Origin: Dipteris shenzhenensis
Lineage: Eukaryota
Length of the DNA: 64,000 bases
Assembly (NCBI GenBank): GCA_047967505.1
Contig: CM106538.1
Reading direction: 5' to 3' (one strand)
Shown here: piece after piece, positions 39,520 to 51,333 of the stretch
How the letters are laid out: the number at the start of each line of letters is the position of its first letter
Numbering within the stretch: the first letter of the stretch is position 1
Notes under the pieces: generated by a model
What the model saw: the letters and a program-made list of their open reading frames with translations, nothing else
Told to the model about the DNA's origin: nothing
Databases searched by the model: none
Translations under genes and position numbers: made by a program

Positions 39520-41135
39520 CAATTGGACGGACGCTGCTTCAGAGAGACTCCAATCCCCCAAGGGGGCCTCTAATTCGCATGGTTCAAAGACCGGATTAAA
39601 GACAAACTGAAATGCTGGCATGGACTGCAAAATGCTAGGGCACTCATCATCAAGCATGTCTGATGTGCCATGACGACGTACGTTGCTACTGTGTGGATGT
39701 TTAGGCGCACGCAGTGGCGAGAAATTGAAAGATTGTTCCGTGCATTCCTGTGGGCTGAGGAGAGCGGTAGACGCAGAATGCAATATATTCCTTGGACCGA
39801 ATTCAAGTGCCCCAAACAGCAAGGGGTCTCGGCATACTTGATGTCGGCATCAAAAATATCTCCCTCATTAGTAAAGTGGCTTCCTTGCCTCTTTAAGGAT
39901 TCTGATCCGTGGATGGAGGTAGCTAGGTGGTTCATTGAGAAAGGGATGAGTCCTAAGGTTGGGGCGTGGAAAGGGCTCCCTTGGTTCGCCAGGTTGTTTT
40001 CAGACTTCCCTCTTCAGGTTAAAGGTTCTGACCTAATGGCTGGATTGGTTTCAGGCTGGAGGACAGTAATCGACAAGTGTTCATGGAGGAATCTAGGAGG
40101 GCTTAAAGGGGATGCAGGGCTTAGTGAAAGTATCTGGTGGAGCAAGGCTGTAATGTGTAACGGAGCTTCGTTGGCATATTTGAATTTGAGGTGCGCATGT
40201 AACATTTTCAGAAAAGGGCTAGGATCCTGGTCCCAAATCTGGGACCCCAAGAGGGGTAACTAGATCTCGCTAGTGGACATTTGATGCAATTTCCATTTGA
40301 CAACTCAGGAGACCGCTTTGATGCATTTAGTGCTGTTAAGAATCCGAGAAGAGTGTCCTGCTAACTGTATAGATTCTCCAGGTATGCGACTGATGCAGTG
40401 GCACCGCGCTAAGGAAGATCTCTGCCAAACCGGTTTGGAGTCTGAATAAAAGTGGGGCCTCCGTCGCGCCCATGGGTGGTGGCGTAGCAGCTTCAAGGAA
40501 GTATGGCAAACCTGTTGTGTGGGCAAGTTCACCTTCATCCTTTGGAAGTTCGTAAATCCATGGCTGTCGGCCAGACGCAAGCTAGCAAAAATCTTCCAAG
40601 TCTCCCCCCTGTGTGCTTTGTGTGGTCACGCGGTGGAATCGGTACAGCACCTAATGTGGCAATGCTCGGTCGCCAGAGGGTGTTGGAAGAAAGTCAAGAA
40701 AGCTGTGAGGGATGCTGGCTTGATGACTAAATTTTGTCTGGTCAATAACTAGAAGTTGGGTCTGCTGGGGGACTCTACTGGACTACCCTCCACGTTGTAG
40801 GCTTGCTAGCCTTTTATTCGAGGAGCTGTTTGCTGGTCGATTTGGGCAACCAGGAACCAAGCTGTGTTTAGGAAAGACCTTGCCCGGGGGTATGGAGAGG
40901 GGATGATCTTGGGCATTGTTAAGTCATCTAGTTCGACCTCGTCGAGATTCTAGGACAGTCTCAGTCTCTCTAGAGAGCCAATGCCTGGGTGATCTAGCCT
41001 GGTGCTTGAGTCAATCTTGAACTGAGTTCTCTCTACTCTGGGAGTGTAGGCCTAGGGCTCTGCTCCCACAGTCGGCCATTTTTTGTCGTGTTAATATATT
41101 CGACGCTCTTTCTTTTATTTGACTTTTTTTAAAAA
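39520..41135 (+). mobile_element. 5'-truncated LINE (post-RT region and zf-RVT)
   Basis: ERLFRAFLW...IPW...CPKQQG and CALCGHAVESVQHLMWQC. Same 3' terminus type as 10849-12112. Confidence 0.8.
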
Positions 41136-42196
41136 TTAGTGGATGTTTAAGCATCACAATGCAAGCAAGCAATTAAGTAGCATCAAATAACTAGCAATGG
41201 ATTCTCAAACCACTTAATGTGATAGATACGTTCAAGGAGAGATCTACATGATCATGAACATTGTAGGGTTTGCATGAAGAGAAGTGCATTGAAAAAAAAT
41301 TCCACCAAGCTTTACATTAAAGAGTCGCGATAAAGGGGATTCTTGCTGTTCTTGACAAGCTAGGGATTGATTGTATCTCTCCGCCTGTGCCCGTTTTTTG
41401 TTTCTTTGTGGAGTTGGTGGGATGGAGATTCCTATCCCACCTCTGCTATGATAGCCTTTTCACCGTTTTGAATGAAATGCATTATTGTTTTATGGTAAAG
41501 AGCCATCAATAAATTGACCTCAAGAGCGCATGATTGTTGGTAGCTTGCAATCTTTATAATTACCTACAATTCATGGAAGCGAGCAAGAATTACTGTTGAG
41601 GTAAGACGGTCAGTTAGCATGTTTGGCGATTGAAATGTCGTGTAGATCTCATAAGTGGAGCCTCTGACGTTTTTCGTCATGGATTTTGTACACCACAGTC
41701 AATGCTACATCAATGACTGAACCAGGAACTATAATAGTAAGAACCATTTTGGCTTAGCAAAGACAAATTTGAGACGAATGGGCTCTATGCAATGTTCAAC
41801 GATACAAAAACTTTCAATTTGAACATTTCAAAGGTTGGAATTGAAATTTTGTAGGTTTTGAGCAACTAATTCCTTAAAACTTGCAGGCTTTAAAACCTTC
41901 CATTTTCAAATTTGAAGGTTAATTTCCAAAATTTGCCATGCACAAGTGAACAGTGGCTCTGTGTTCAAAAGCATTCTACAATCGAGCAGGAAAAAAAGAA
42001 CAAATTGGGCAGCCGTTTCGGTAGTAATAAAACTTGCAATGTCATGTCAAAAGTCACTCTGATCGTCTGTACAGGCAGGCCATCCCGAGTATGATGTTAG
42101 CATATGGGGCAGTTAACAAAATTTGCAGACTTGATCGTCTTCAGTACTGCAGATCAGGAACCAAACAAGGCATTTGGGTTCACATAATACACACAT

Positions 42197-42657
42197 TTCC
42201 TTGAAGAATCAACACTCCAGTAACCGTTGAAGCTCAAAGATATTCAATCTTTCCTTGAAGAATCAACACTATCCTGAAATCGTTGCAGTCATGGAGGAGT
42301 TGATTGAATCTCATTGAAGAAATTGAATCTTTCCTCGAAGAATCGACAGTTTCGTGGAACAGTTCAAGCTCATTGAGGAGTTGATTGAATCTCATTTAAG
42401 GTATTCAATCGTTCCTTGAAGAACCAACACTTTCCTGGGACCATGAAGCTCATTGAGGAGTTGATTGAATCTCATTGAGAAAATTCAATCTTTCCGTGAA
42501 GAATCAACACTTTCCTGGAACCGTTGAAGCTCATTGAGGAATTGATTGAATCTCGTTGAAGAAATTCAATCTTTCCTTGAAGAATTAAAACTTTCCTCGA
42601 ACCGTTGAAGCTCATGGAGGATGATTGAATCTCATTGAAGATATCCAATTCCTGGAA
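42197..42657. repeat. 80-81 bp tandem repeat (about 5.5 copies) starting about 20 bp after the PPD stop codon
   Basis: Unit starts ttcc(t/g)(t/c)gaag at 42251, 42331, 42412, 42492 and 42573. Confidence 0.9.
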
Positions 42658-42674
42658 CGGAATTGTAGATCATC

Positions 42675-45600
42675 CTAGCTGTTGGAGTTCTGCAGCGATG
42701 GGGAAGATGATAACTCCACTCCTGGTGAAGATGGCTTGTCTTGGACGACGCCAGCACCTTGCTTCTCGCTTGATCTTCTTCCTGGAGATGTGCCATGCTC
42801 ATTGGAGCTCGTCTGTCGAGGAGTATGTGGTGGCCTAGTCGGGGAAGACGACTCGCTTCCGCTGGATTGTGTGAGGATGTGCCCCTGAGCTGATGATGAA
42901 GAACATGGCAGAGAATAAGGAAAGCCAGACGATGATTGAGGCCCTTCGTTCATGTTTGTGATCCGACTTCCTACAACCAACTGAAGGGGCATTTCACTTG
43001 CCAGCTTCCTCGACTTCGCGTGAGGAGCTCTCAGTCGACACCTGCATCCCAGTATCCAACCGTCATCACCAATCTAACCCATGGAATCTCGATCAACAAC
43101 AGCAAACCCAGTATCAACGGGCGCCACCTCTCTACCTGTCTTTTCTTTTCTCCAGAAATCGCTGCAGACATGCTTTCCTAGAAGGTTGATGTTCTGTTTG
43201 GTAACAGGAGGGAAGCAACAAATGATTAGCAAGCATTCAAGTTCGGAGCCAAACTCCCTCTATACGCCACAAGAGAGAAACGCTATCGAAAATACCCGGC
43301 TCTGCCGCCCGTGAGGATTGTTGTATATACAGGGATGGGGAAGTTGAAGCCATAGGAGGCGCTGTGGACACAAGAGAACTGAGCATGATGTTTGGCGTAG
43401 GCAGAACGCTTGGTGTATGAGCTGGTGGCACAATTGCAAGATCAATAGACGATTTGATACTCCAGTAAGGAGAAGGCCTAGAAGAATCGCCACTCGCAGC
43501 TAGCTGCATTATGGCCTCCGCCTGCAACGACAGCAAGGAGATGCGATGCGATGAGGATCTCTATAGACTTTACGAGAAAAACTTTCAATCCTCCTGAATC
43601 CGAGAGGCTCACCTTATCTGCGGGCACATCATCATACACATTCACTATCCCCGAATAGAATATAGTCAGCTGTGCAGATGGTTGCTTCCTCGCGCTACAT
43701 TTACAAAATGCAACATCAATGAGCGAGAAAAGTCCGTATGCTTGTTGGGTTTACTTAGCTAAATTGTATCAATCATTGATCGCCTACCGGACTGCTTGCA
43801 TGTACTGGGAACATGTCGGAGAGGTAATACGACTCTCGTTCACATCAGGGTGAAAAGGCCTGCAGAAATCGATGCTTGCAGGGCATACATTTGATGGTAC
43901 GCCAGTTGTAAATTGAAGAAAGGATGGTATCGATGAGCTAGGACCTGTAGATTGCACAGGAATTCCATTGGTATCAGCTCCGAACAAATTGGCCGGATGA
44001 TCGTGAGCTGATTGCTTCGTTATATGTAAATCGTGTCTGCCGTGTCTGTCAAGTATCCTCTCAGATCTTGCACAGAGCTCTTGGACCCTTTCATCTGCAA
44101 CCTGTAGTGATCACTACTGGTCAGTGGGAAAGATGACCGCATAACGTACTTAGTTTTAGTCTTTGCAACTGAGGCGAAGTCAAGGGTTGAGGACTAATAT
44201 AATATCAAAGAGTGCAGAAGGTTTATCACGCCGTACCTCAATGAGCAAAATCTGTACTCGATTTTTTTCAGAATGCCACACGAGATCAATCGATGCAATG
44301 AGAGTAGAGATCCTCACATGATTATGAAAAGGCAAAGAGTGCTGCTGGCGATGAAAGGGAGACGGCTGCAAGCTGTAAGCTGGTGAAGAAGATTGCTGTC
44401 CGACAGTGGGCGGTGGATGTTGCTGGGTGTAGGAAGGCAAAGGAGGTTGTTGTTGATGCGTGAATTCCTTGGACAAGAAATGCTCTCTCTGTGGTGGAAT
44501 TTTCTCCTGTCTGTGAGCCGCTTGATCAGAAGAAGCACAAGATTTCTTCGAGCCATTAGTTCCATTTGCTTTCCTCTCCTCGTCAGACTTCGTATCAAAC
44601 AGCCCCTTGAGGGAGAGCACTTGTTGTATTGCCTGTGATTTGTTCCAAGATGGTCGTCTCATTCCTGAAATTTGAAAGTACAAACGAATCTTTAATCTCT
44701 CTACAGCAATAGATGATTCCACTACCTCCCCTATGAGCAACTCAAGGAAACAGCTCTAAAGCTCTGGATAGTGATTCTCGAGGTATAAGCTCAGAACTGG
44801 ATTAGTAACTGTTTTTGAGAGGCGATTAGTACCCTGTACATGAAACAATGCACCATATATTTGAAGAATCAGGACATAGGTGCAAGCTGTAATGTTGCCT
44901 CAAGCACGTATATGCGCTATAATCTCGCCTGAAATCTCTTATTGCTTCATTTAAACAGTTCTAACACAGTGGATAGTCATTCTTGAATCTTGAGGTATAA
45001 GCTCAGAACGAATTAAAAATGAGCTGAGGCCAGATTGCAACTTACACATGAAAACAATGCACCTTTTATTTGATTCATGGCTTCATTTTTTTAACAGTTC
45101 TAACACAGCGGATAGAAATTCTTGAGGTATAAGCCCATAAGGGATTACGAATGAGCTGAGGCCAGATTGCAACTTATACAAGAAAACAATGCGCCTTTTT
45201 ATTTGAAGAATCAGGACACTTGCTATCATTAAACCTTTATGCAATTTTGCCTCAAATCACGTATTGCTTCAGCTAAAATCGGTCAAGCATGAGCTCAAAT
45301 CTCAACTCAATTTCGCCTCTCAAGGCCCTAAATCTATCAGTAACTCGTTCTCTACACCCTTCACTTGAAGCTTTCCATGGAAACCAAATGTGTATGAATA
45401 CATGATACTCAAAGAGAAAAAGATGCATACCCTTGTTTAGAAGCTTACCTTTCTCTTTTAGATAACGCCGGCAGTCTTCTCTAGTCAACTGCAGAATGTC
45501 CTCCTCTGTTAGCTCTTCTAGCGGCTTATCTAAGGGTGTCCTCTCTACAGAAGCCGAAGGATTAGAAGAGCCTCGCTCGACTCTGGTCTCTTCACCGCCA

Positions 45601-45893
45601 CTACCCAATGAGACCGTAGCATCCTTTGGCTTCGGGTGGACATTTAGCCTACCCGCTGTGTTGACGACGTTCTGCTCGCGCACTGTGAGATTGTGATCAC
45701 TTGTTGGGGACAATTCCCCTGGTGTTCCAGCTCCGCTTGCATGCGCAGGCCAGACACCTGTGGCAGCTTGGAACGTGGGCATCATCGAAGCAGTTGGCTC
45801 CAAAACTCTTGCGCGATGATCGTCCAAAGTCGTTTCAACTTGGCCCCCTTGAGGCCCCAGGAAGTCCATGGCAACAATGGGTGCTCTCGCCAT
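42675..45893 (-). CDS. PPD: PEAPOD-type TIFY protein (PPD + TIFY/ZIM + Jas), 612 aa. Exons: 45449-45893, 44318-44664, 43788-44101, 43613-43694, 43296-43521, 43136-43193, 42675-43041.
   Basis: PPD domain LDKPLEELTEEDILQLTREDCRRYLKEKGMRRPSWNKSQAIQQVLSLKGL. TIFY AQLTIFYSGIVNVYDDVPADKAEAIMQLAAS. Jas SRKACLQRFLEKRKDR. All six introns are GT-AG and the exons sum to 1839 nt in frame. Confidence 0.92.
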
Positions 45894-46496
45894 TTACGAA
45901 CCCTCCACGAAGATCGCTCTTCGCAAGTACACGCAGCAAGGTCTCAGATAGATCATAGAACTGGTGACCCTCACTAATAGACCAGGTGGGGGTAGGATAC
46001 AGAAGGAAAAAAAATCTCTGACGAATAGCTCGCCCAAAGAAGATCTTTCAACAGTGCATTCCCTCTACAAAGCGTTACGGGTTTCTCTGCGGACTCATTC
46101 GCGAGAGGGCTGCCAAGGCACTCGAGCGAGCTCTGCGTTTTCTCATGGGTGGAGACATGAGTCCGGGAACGGTGCAGCCCGCCATTGCCTGGCCATGAGA
46201 GCTGGAGTAGGTGCAGCGGGGATGGAGTGGTAAAGGCAGAAGCGTAGCTGCTGGTGCTGCTGGTGCTGATGGTGCTGCGGAGGGGGAAGAAGAGGGGCAA
46301 AAGCGTTCTGGGAGTTCATGGAGGTTGGGAGACAGAGAGGGCCGCGAGCACTGGTGCACGAGAGCGAAATGGGGCATGCCAAAACTTGCGAATCCCGAAC
46401 AGAGAGAAAAGTTGGGTGTTTGTGGGATGGCTTGTGGCCTTTGCAAGCTGCAACCTTGGAGCTCGGGCGTGTCACAACAAGAGAGAGAAAGCCCCA

Positions 46497-46680
46497 CACG
46501 TGTGGCTGTGGAGAAGGGTCAAAATCGTTCTGCTTTCAGTGCTGGCGAAACGTGCGAATCCGGAAGAGATTAGACAATGTCAATATCAATCAAATTTTTA
46601 TTATTAATTAAAAAACAATCTGCCTTTTCGCACGTGTTGTTCCCCTTGCCACGTGGCTTGCGCTCCTGCAGACACGTGTC
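46497..46680. promoter_or_regulatory. Four G-boxes (CACGTG) upstream of PPD
   Basis: CACGTG at 46497, 46631, 46650 and 46673. Three sit in longer palindromes (CCACACGTGTGG, GCCACGTGGC, GACACGTGTC). Confidence 0.6.
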
Positions 46681-48452
46681 ACTCAAAAAATTTGATTGTA
46701 CCTTCTAGGGGGTTTCATCAACTATTTACACAAGGCATGGAGGTGTGGTGGCACAGTCCGGATGTTTGGGCACTGGTGCCGAATCTCATACCCTTTGCAA
46801 AGCCTTGCTCGTTTGGGCACCCGGCTTGCACCTCCAAGGTGTCATTGTCAAGCATCTGGGTGCTCGCACCCCGACTATGTGAGGAACAACTTCTTAGAGT
46901 ACCCCTCATACAAAAGTTTTAAGAGGATGCTCCTCATTGCAGATGTCACGCAGAGGACAATGGTAGGGCGTCTGTGGCAGCCTGCGAAGTCAAACCTTGT
47001 TGCGTGTAGCATAGGTCAAGGCAAGGGCCCCTCGAGCTTTTAAAAAAGAGGATGCCCCTCACATTTGGGGCACTACTTATTATCTTTGAGCGATCGCAAA
47101 TGGCAACACAGTGTCGAGGTCTACCTTGAGGTCTTGTCAAAATGGGTGGTCAACACACTTGACACACTGTCATAAGATACCTTGTCAAAATGGGATTATG
47201 TATATCACAGACAAGAGGCTAATGGAGAATCAGGTATGTAATAGAATGGGGATCTTCCTCAATACTCGTCGTGTTGCATTCCAATAATAAATAGACAACA
47301 TGACCTTTATTCCTCTACCCTTGGTCGAGCACCGAACCAAGGACCAATCCCAATTGACCTATCACAACCCGCTTCCCTCCAAGCACAATGAAGAGGGAAT
47401 CGGAGCTTATGCAGCCTACTCTCTTGAGAGAATTGACCATGTTGAGGGTTATGCATGCTTATAAACCATTCCTAATGTAGCACCAAGCTCTAGGTTCCTA
47501 TTCTTCGCGGTGCTAAATTAGGGATGCTTATAAAGCATCCCTAACCTATCGTACCCCCCCCCCCCCTCTCCAACCTCACATGACATATAAACCGACCAAG
47601 TGCCCTTGAAAGCCATGTGCAATAATAAAATCCTCCTTATAGATATAAGAAGAGGCAGTTGCGTTGTCATCATCAAAATGAGACATGTAGCACCAAAAAT
47701 GAGGGAAGTGACTCTTATCACCCCCTTCTCAATTTGGGCACTAGGCCTGGATATGCCATGCCCAAAATGAGGTCTAATGAATTTTAAGTCTCCCATAATA
47801 TTTATTTAAGATACCACTTTTCAGTTTAGCTCAAAAAATAATTGTCAAACCTACCTACTAGAGGAAACTCCCCTAGGAATCCCCCCCCCCCCCACCCTAC
47901 TCTGCTCTCTCAATTTCTCCATCTCAAAAGGGCAAGCCACAACCCGTATTAAGAGTGCGCGGAGGTACATTCATCCCTAGGGAGATCCTTGAATGGTCCC
48001 TAAGGGTCTTTCTTAGCTTGCAAAAACATTAATTACATTATTCTATTCCCCCAGCATTCCACGCACCATATCATTACCCCCTCATCCACTTTGAATTTAG
48101 GTGATGCCAAGCGTGCTCTATTGAGAGGGAGATGGGGTTACTTTTCCATTGTATGGGCCCCCAAGTCAAGACATCAAAGGCACCATAATAGTTGTACCTT
48201 CAAAGCTGTGCCTCTAAGCAACATAAACCAAGGCTTTGTAATAGGCTAATATGTCTAGACCGAATCCCCCAAAATCCGTGGATCCTCAAGTTTCACATGC
48301 TACCCATCCAATATCATGTCCTCCTTCCCCTTTACTAACCTAAGCTTTGGACTTATCCCATAAAAGACTCACAACAAGAGCTTCAACTCACCCCTCAAAA
48401 GTGTTAAGGGAAGTCACCTTGATTATGTGCCCAGTAGCATCCAAATCCCACT

Positions 48453-48935
48453 TGTGTTAAATTACACGACACAGCAGAACAGAAACTAAACAAAGAATAG
48501 AGAGTACACAGCAAACTGGAGAGGAACAAAATTTTCCTTCAATACTGATGTAGTATAGATGATGGCTCCATCCACCCGTGCGCTCCCACAGTGGAGCTTA
48601 GATGGCGATCTAGACAGATACTAGGTGAAGAGCTACTAGCTGGAAGATCTCTGCTAGAAAATCTGATCTAATACAATGGATTGGGGAGGTCGCGTCTTTA
48701 TAGCTATGAGGGCAGTAGTTGGATCAACGTAGTCGATGGAACCGACCAGTCAACCTAGTCGGTGAAGCTGACCAATCAACCTAGTCAGTGGAACCGACTA
48801 GTCGTCCATGGAATATTCAAGGAATATTCCCTATACCGTCGCCTTGGGGGCTCTCACCCCCGAACCCCCACCAGGGGGGCCGCTGGCCCCTCTAGGACCC
48901 CCCAGGCCCCAGCAAGAATAGGGGGCTCCCACACA
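48453..48935. mobile_element. Solo-LTR-like segment
   Basis: TG...CA ends, an internal about 25-bp repeat and a GC-rich gggggctct..cccccgaaccccc..ggacccc motif. No clean TSD found. Confidence 0.4.
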
Positions 48936-51333
48936 ATCACCTTTCTACCATCAACGGTCTCATTGATATACCTCATCTGACATGCAAGTCAGGATCCATC
49001 TAGTGTCTTGAGCTCACACTTGGCTTCTCCTCATATGGGGGCCTTACAACTTGAGCACCTTGGACCACTGGAAAAACATGAGCCTCACCTCTCAAGAGCG
49101 AGAATCTTTAACTACATTAAGAGACTGTTGGAGCACATCAAACCTATTTCTTTATTTTGCATCATCGTTACTGGGATTCAAACCTTCTTCCAAAAAGTCT
49201 TTTTAGCTAGAGGTAAATATTAATTTACATGACTTATTTAAAAAATTGACGAGATACTATTCCAACATTGAAAGAGTAAAAACATATAGACATTTTCAAA
49301 TCCATCACATGATAATGATTCATGATCTTGTAAAGATTGGTTGAGTTAGACTCATTCTTTTTTTTAAAGGTAGAAAAGTTGGACTCATTTTTAATTGAGG
49401 ATATAAACAACTACACCCTTTTCTATCCAAGTCGTTTGTCCTTGGGTACCTTTGTATACATTTTTAAAATCCATCACTACTTCAGTGCCAAATTGTAGAG
49501 TGTTGTACACATCCCACATAGAAATTTTCATGAATTGAACCATTTTTTCCCCTTTCATACGATTCATTTTATTATCTAAAGAGCTCACTACTGTAAAGTT
49601 GGTGTAAATATATGTTATTTCTTGAAAATGAGCAAGGCACTTCTTATGGAATCTAATCAACTTTCAAGTAAAGCAAATAGCAATGTTTTTTTGGAATCGT
49701 TTGATATGTGGGTTACAAAATATCTCCATGTGCAAAAAGGCACATACATCTATTGTGGGGAGAAAGAAGGAAAGAAGGGGGCAAGGGTGGGGAGGGGGGA
49801 TGGATGGGATGTATGTACATGCATGCTCATGAAAGTAGATAAGGCCTTGTAAATGTATGTGTATATTTCTCGATCTCAAAGCAAGAGTGGTGTATCCGTA
49901 ACTCCTTTCAATTTAGTAGAATGGACAAAGGAGTGACAAAACAATGCAGTAGAAAGTTTGGCTCTTGAAGAAAACTATTAATGAGGTTCTTAAGATGCGT
50001 CATAAAGATGTCCATCTAGTTCATTGTATTGGCATCAATTTCAAAGCAGGTGGGAAAGGAGGATTAGATATGGGTATGGTATCTTTGGACACAATGTGGG
50101 TCATTGGGGTGGACGGAGAAAGGGAAAGATCATTGTAAAATGTGACATGGTGCTAGACTAAACCAAATGTTTGGATGGAAAAATGGAAAGCTTATTTAAA
50201 AAATGTGAGGTGGTGCCCTCAGACTGAACCGAATGTTTGGTTCTACCAAGGACAACGCTAACATTTCTACTTGCACCCTAAATATAGAGATCTCATATAC
50301 ATGCACAAATGTCTTTGGTCTCCAAGATCAGGCCCCCACACGCCAAAAGCTACCAAGAAGGGGTTCCCTCACGTTTTGACAATTTATGGTTCATCAATAA
50401 TTCTTAAAATTTTATTAAGCATGACCTAAAGTTATGCCTTCCTTGGACATAAGGGGATGCTATGATGTACACTAGATTTCCTTTTTGTTGGCCTCCATCT
50501 TTTCACCTCTCTTTGTAAGTGCAACTCCTTAGCTTTGCCTCCATGTGCTTTAGAAATCTCCCATTTCTTTTGAGTTTCTACTTTCAATCCCTCTTTTCAG
50601 CTTGAGCTCATTGTGTTTTTTTCTTCAAGTTGTCCTTAGATAAAGCCAACTGGTTTGGCTAGGTCGCTTTTCCACCTTTAGGGCTAGTTGGATGTTTGTT
50701 AGGTCTTGAACTTTGTTGTTTGAGGGCCTCTCTCACTAGTTATGCGAGAGGCCTCATATCATCAGTTAGGTCTTTTGTTGTTTGAGGGTCTCTCTCACTA
50801 GCTATGCCAGAGGCCTCATTCCATTAGCCTTTTGTAAGAACTCCTTGGCAACATCATGCTCGAGAGTTCTTCTTGCTTAGTTCATCTGCAACCATGACCT
50901 CGACTACCATGAGAGGTAATTATTCATAACACCTTCTACTATCATCATCCAACCTCTTCTCTAACTGTGCATTATACTCCTCTAGTTGGCAAGTTTCGTT
51001 TGCATGTTGGAAACCCTACTTAGCTTGGACATCTATAGCCAACTCTCATCATTCCTCCACATTAGCTATCACTTGAAAACTAGATAAGGTCCCATGCAAG
51101 GATTCCATATGAGAGTGCTCTCAACGAAAGCAAGAATGGAAGAAGGAGAGAGAGACATAGAGAGCCACACAAGTTTTGGTGGGTGCAGAACCACCCTAAT
51201 CTTCTTTTTCATTCATTTATATATGTGTTTGAGTATTGTACATAACCGGGGTAAAGGCATAGTGACCTTTGACCCCCACAACCTCCCACTTAAAGGACAA
51301 TATGCCTTTAAGGGAGAACAACCAGTGAGCATA

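Noticed and set aside
42197-42657. CRISPR-like array
   Set aside because: Whole units repeat with no unique spacers, there are no cas genes, and the context is eukaryotic.
45964-46611. Cluster of overlapping ORFs upstream of PPD
   Set aside because: GC-rich 5' UTR/promoter sequence with no domain similarity.
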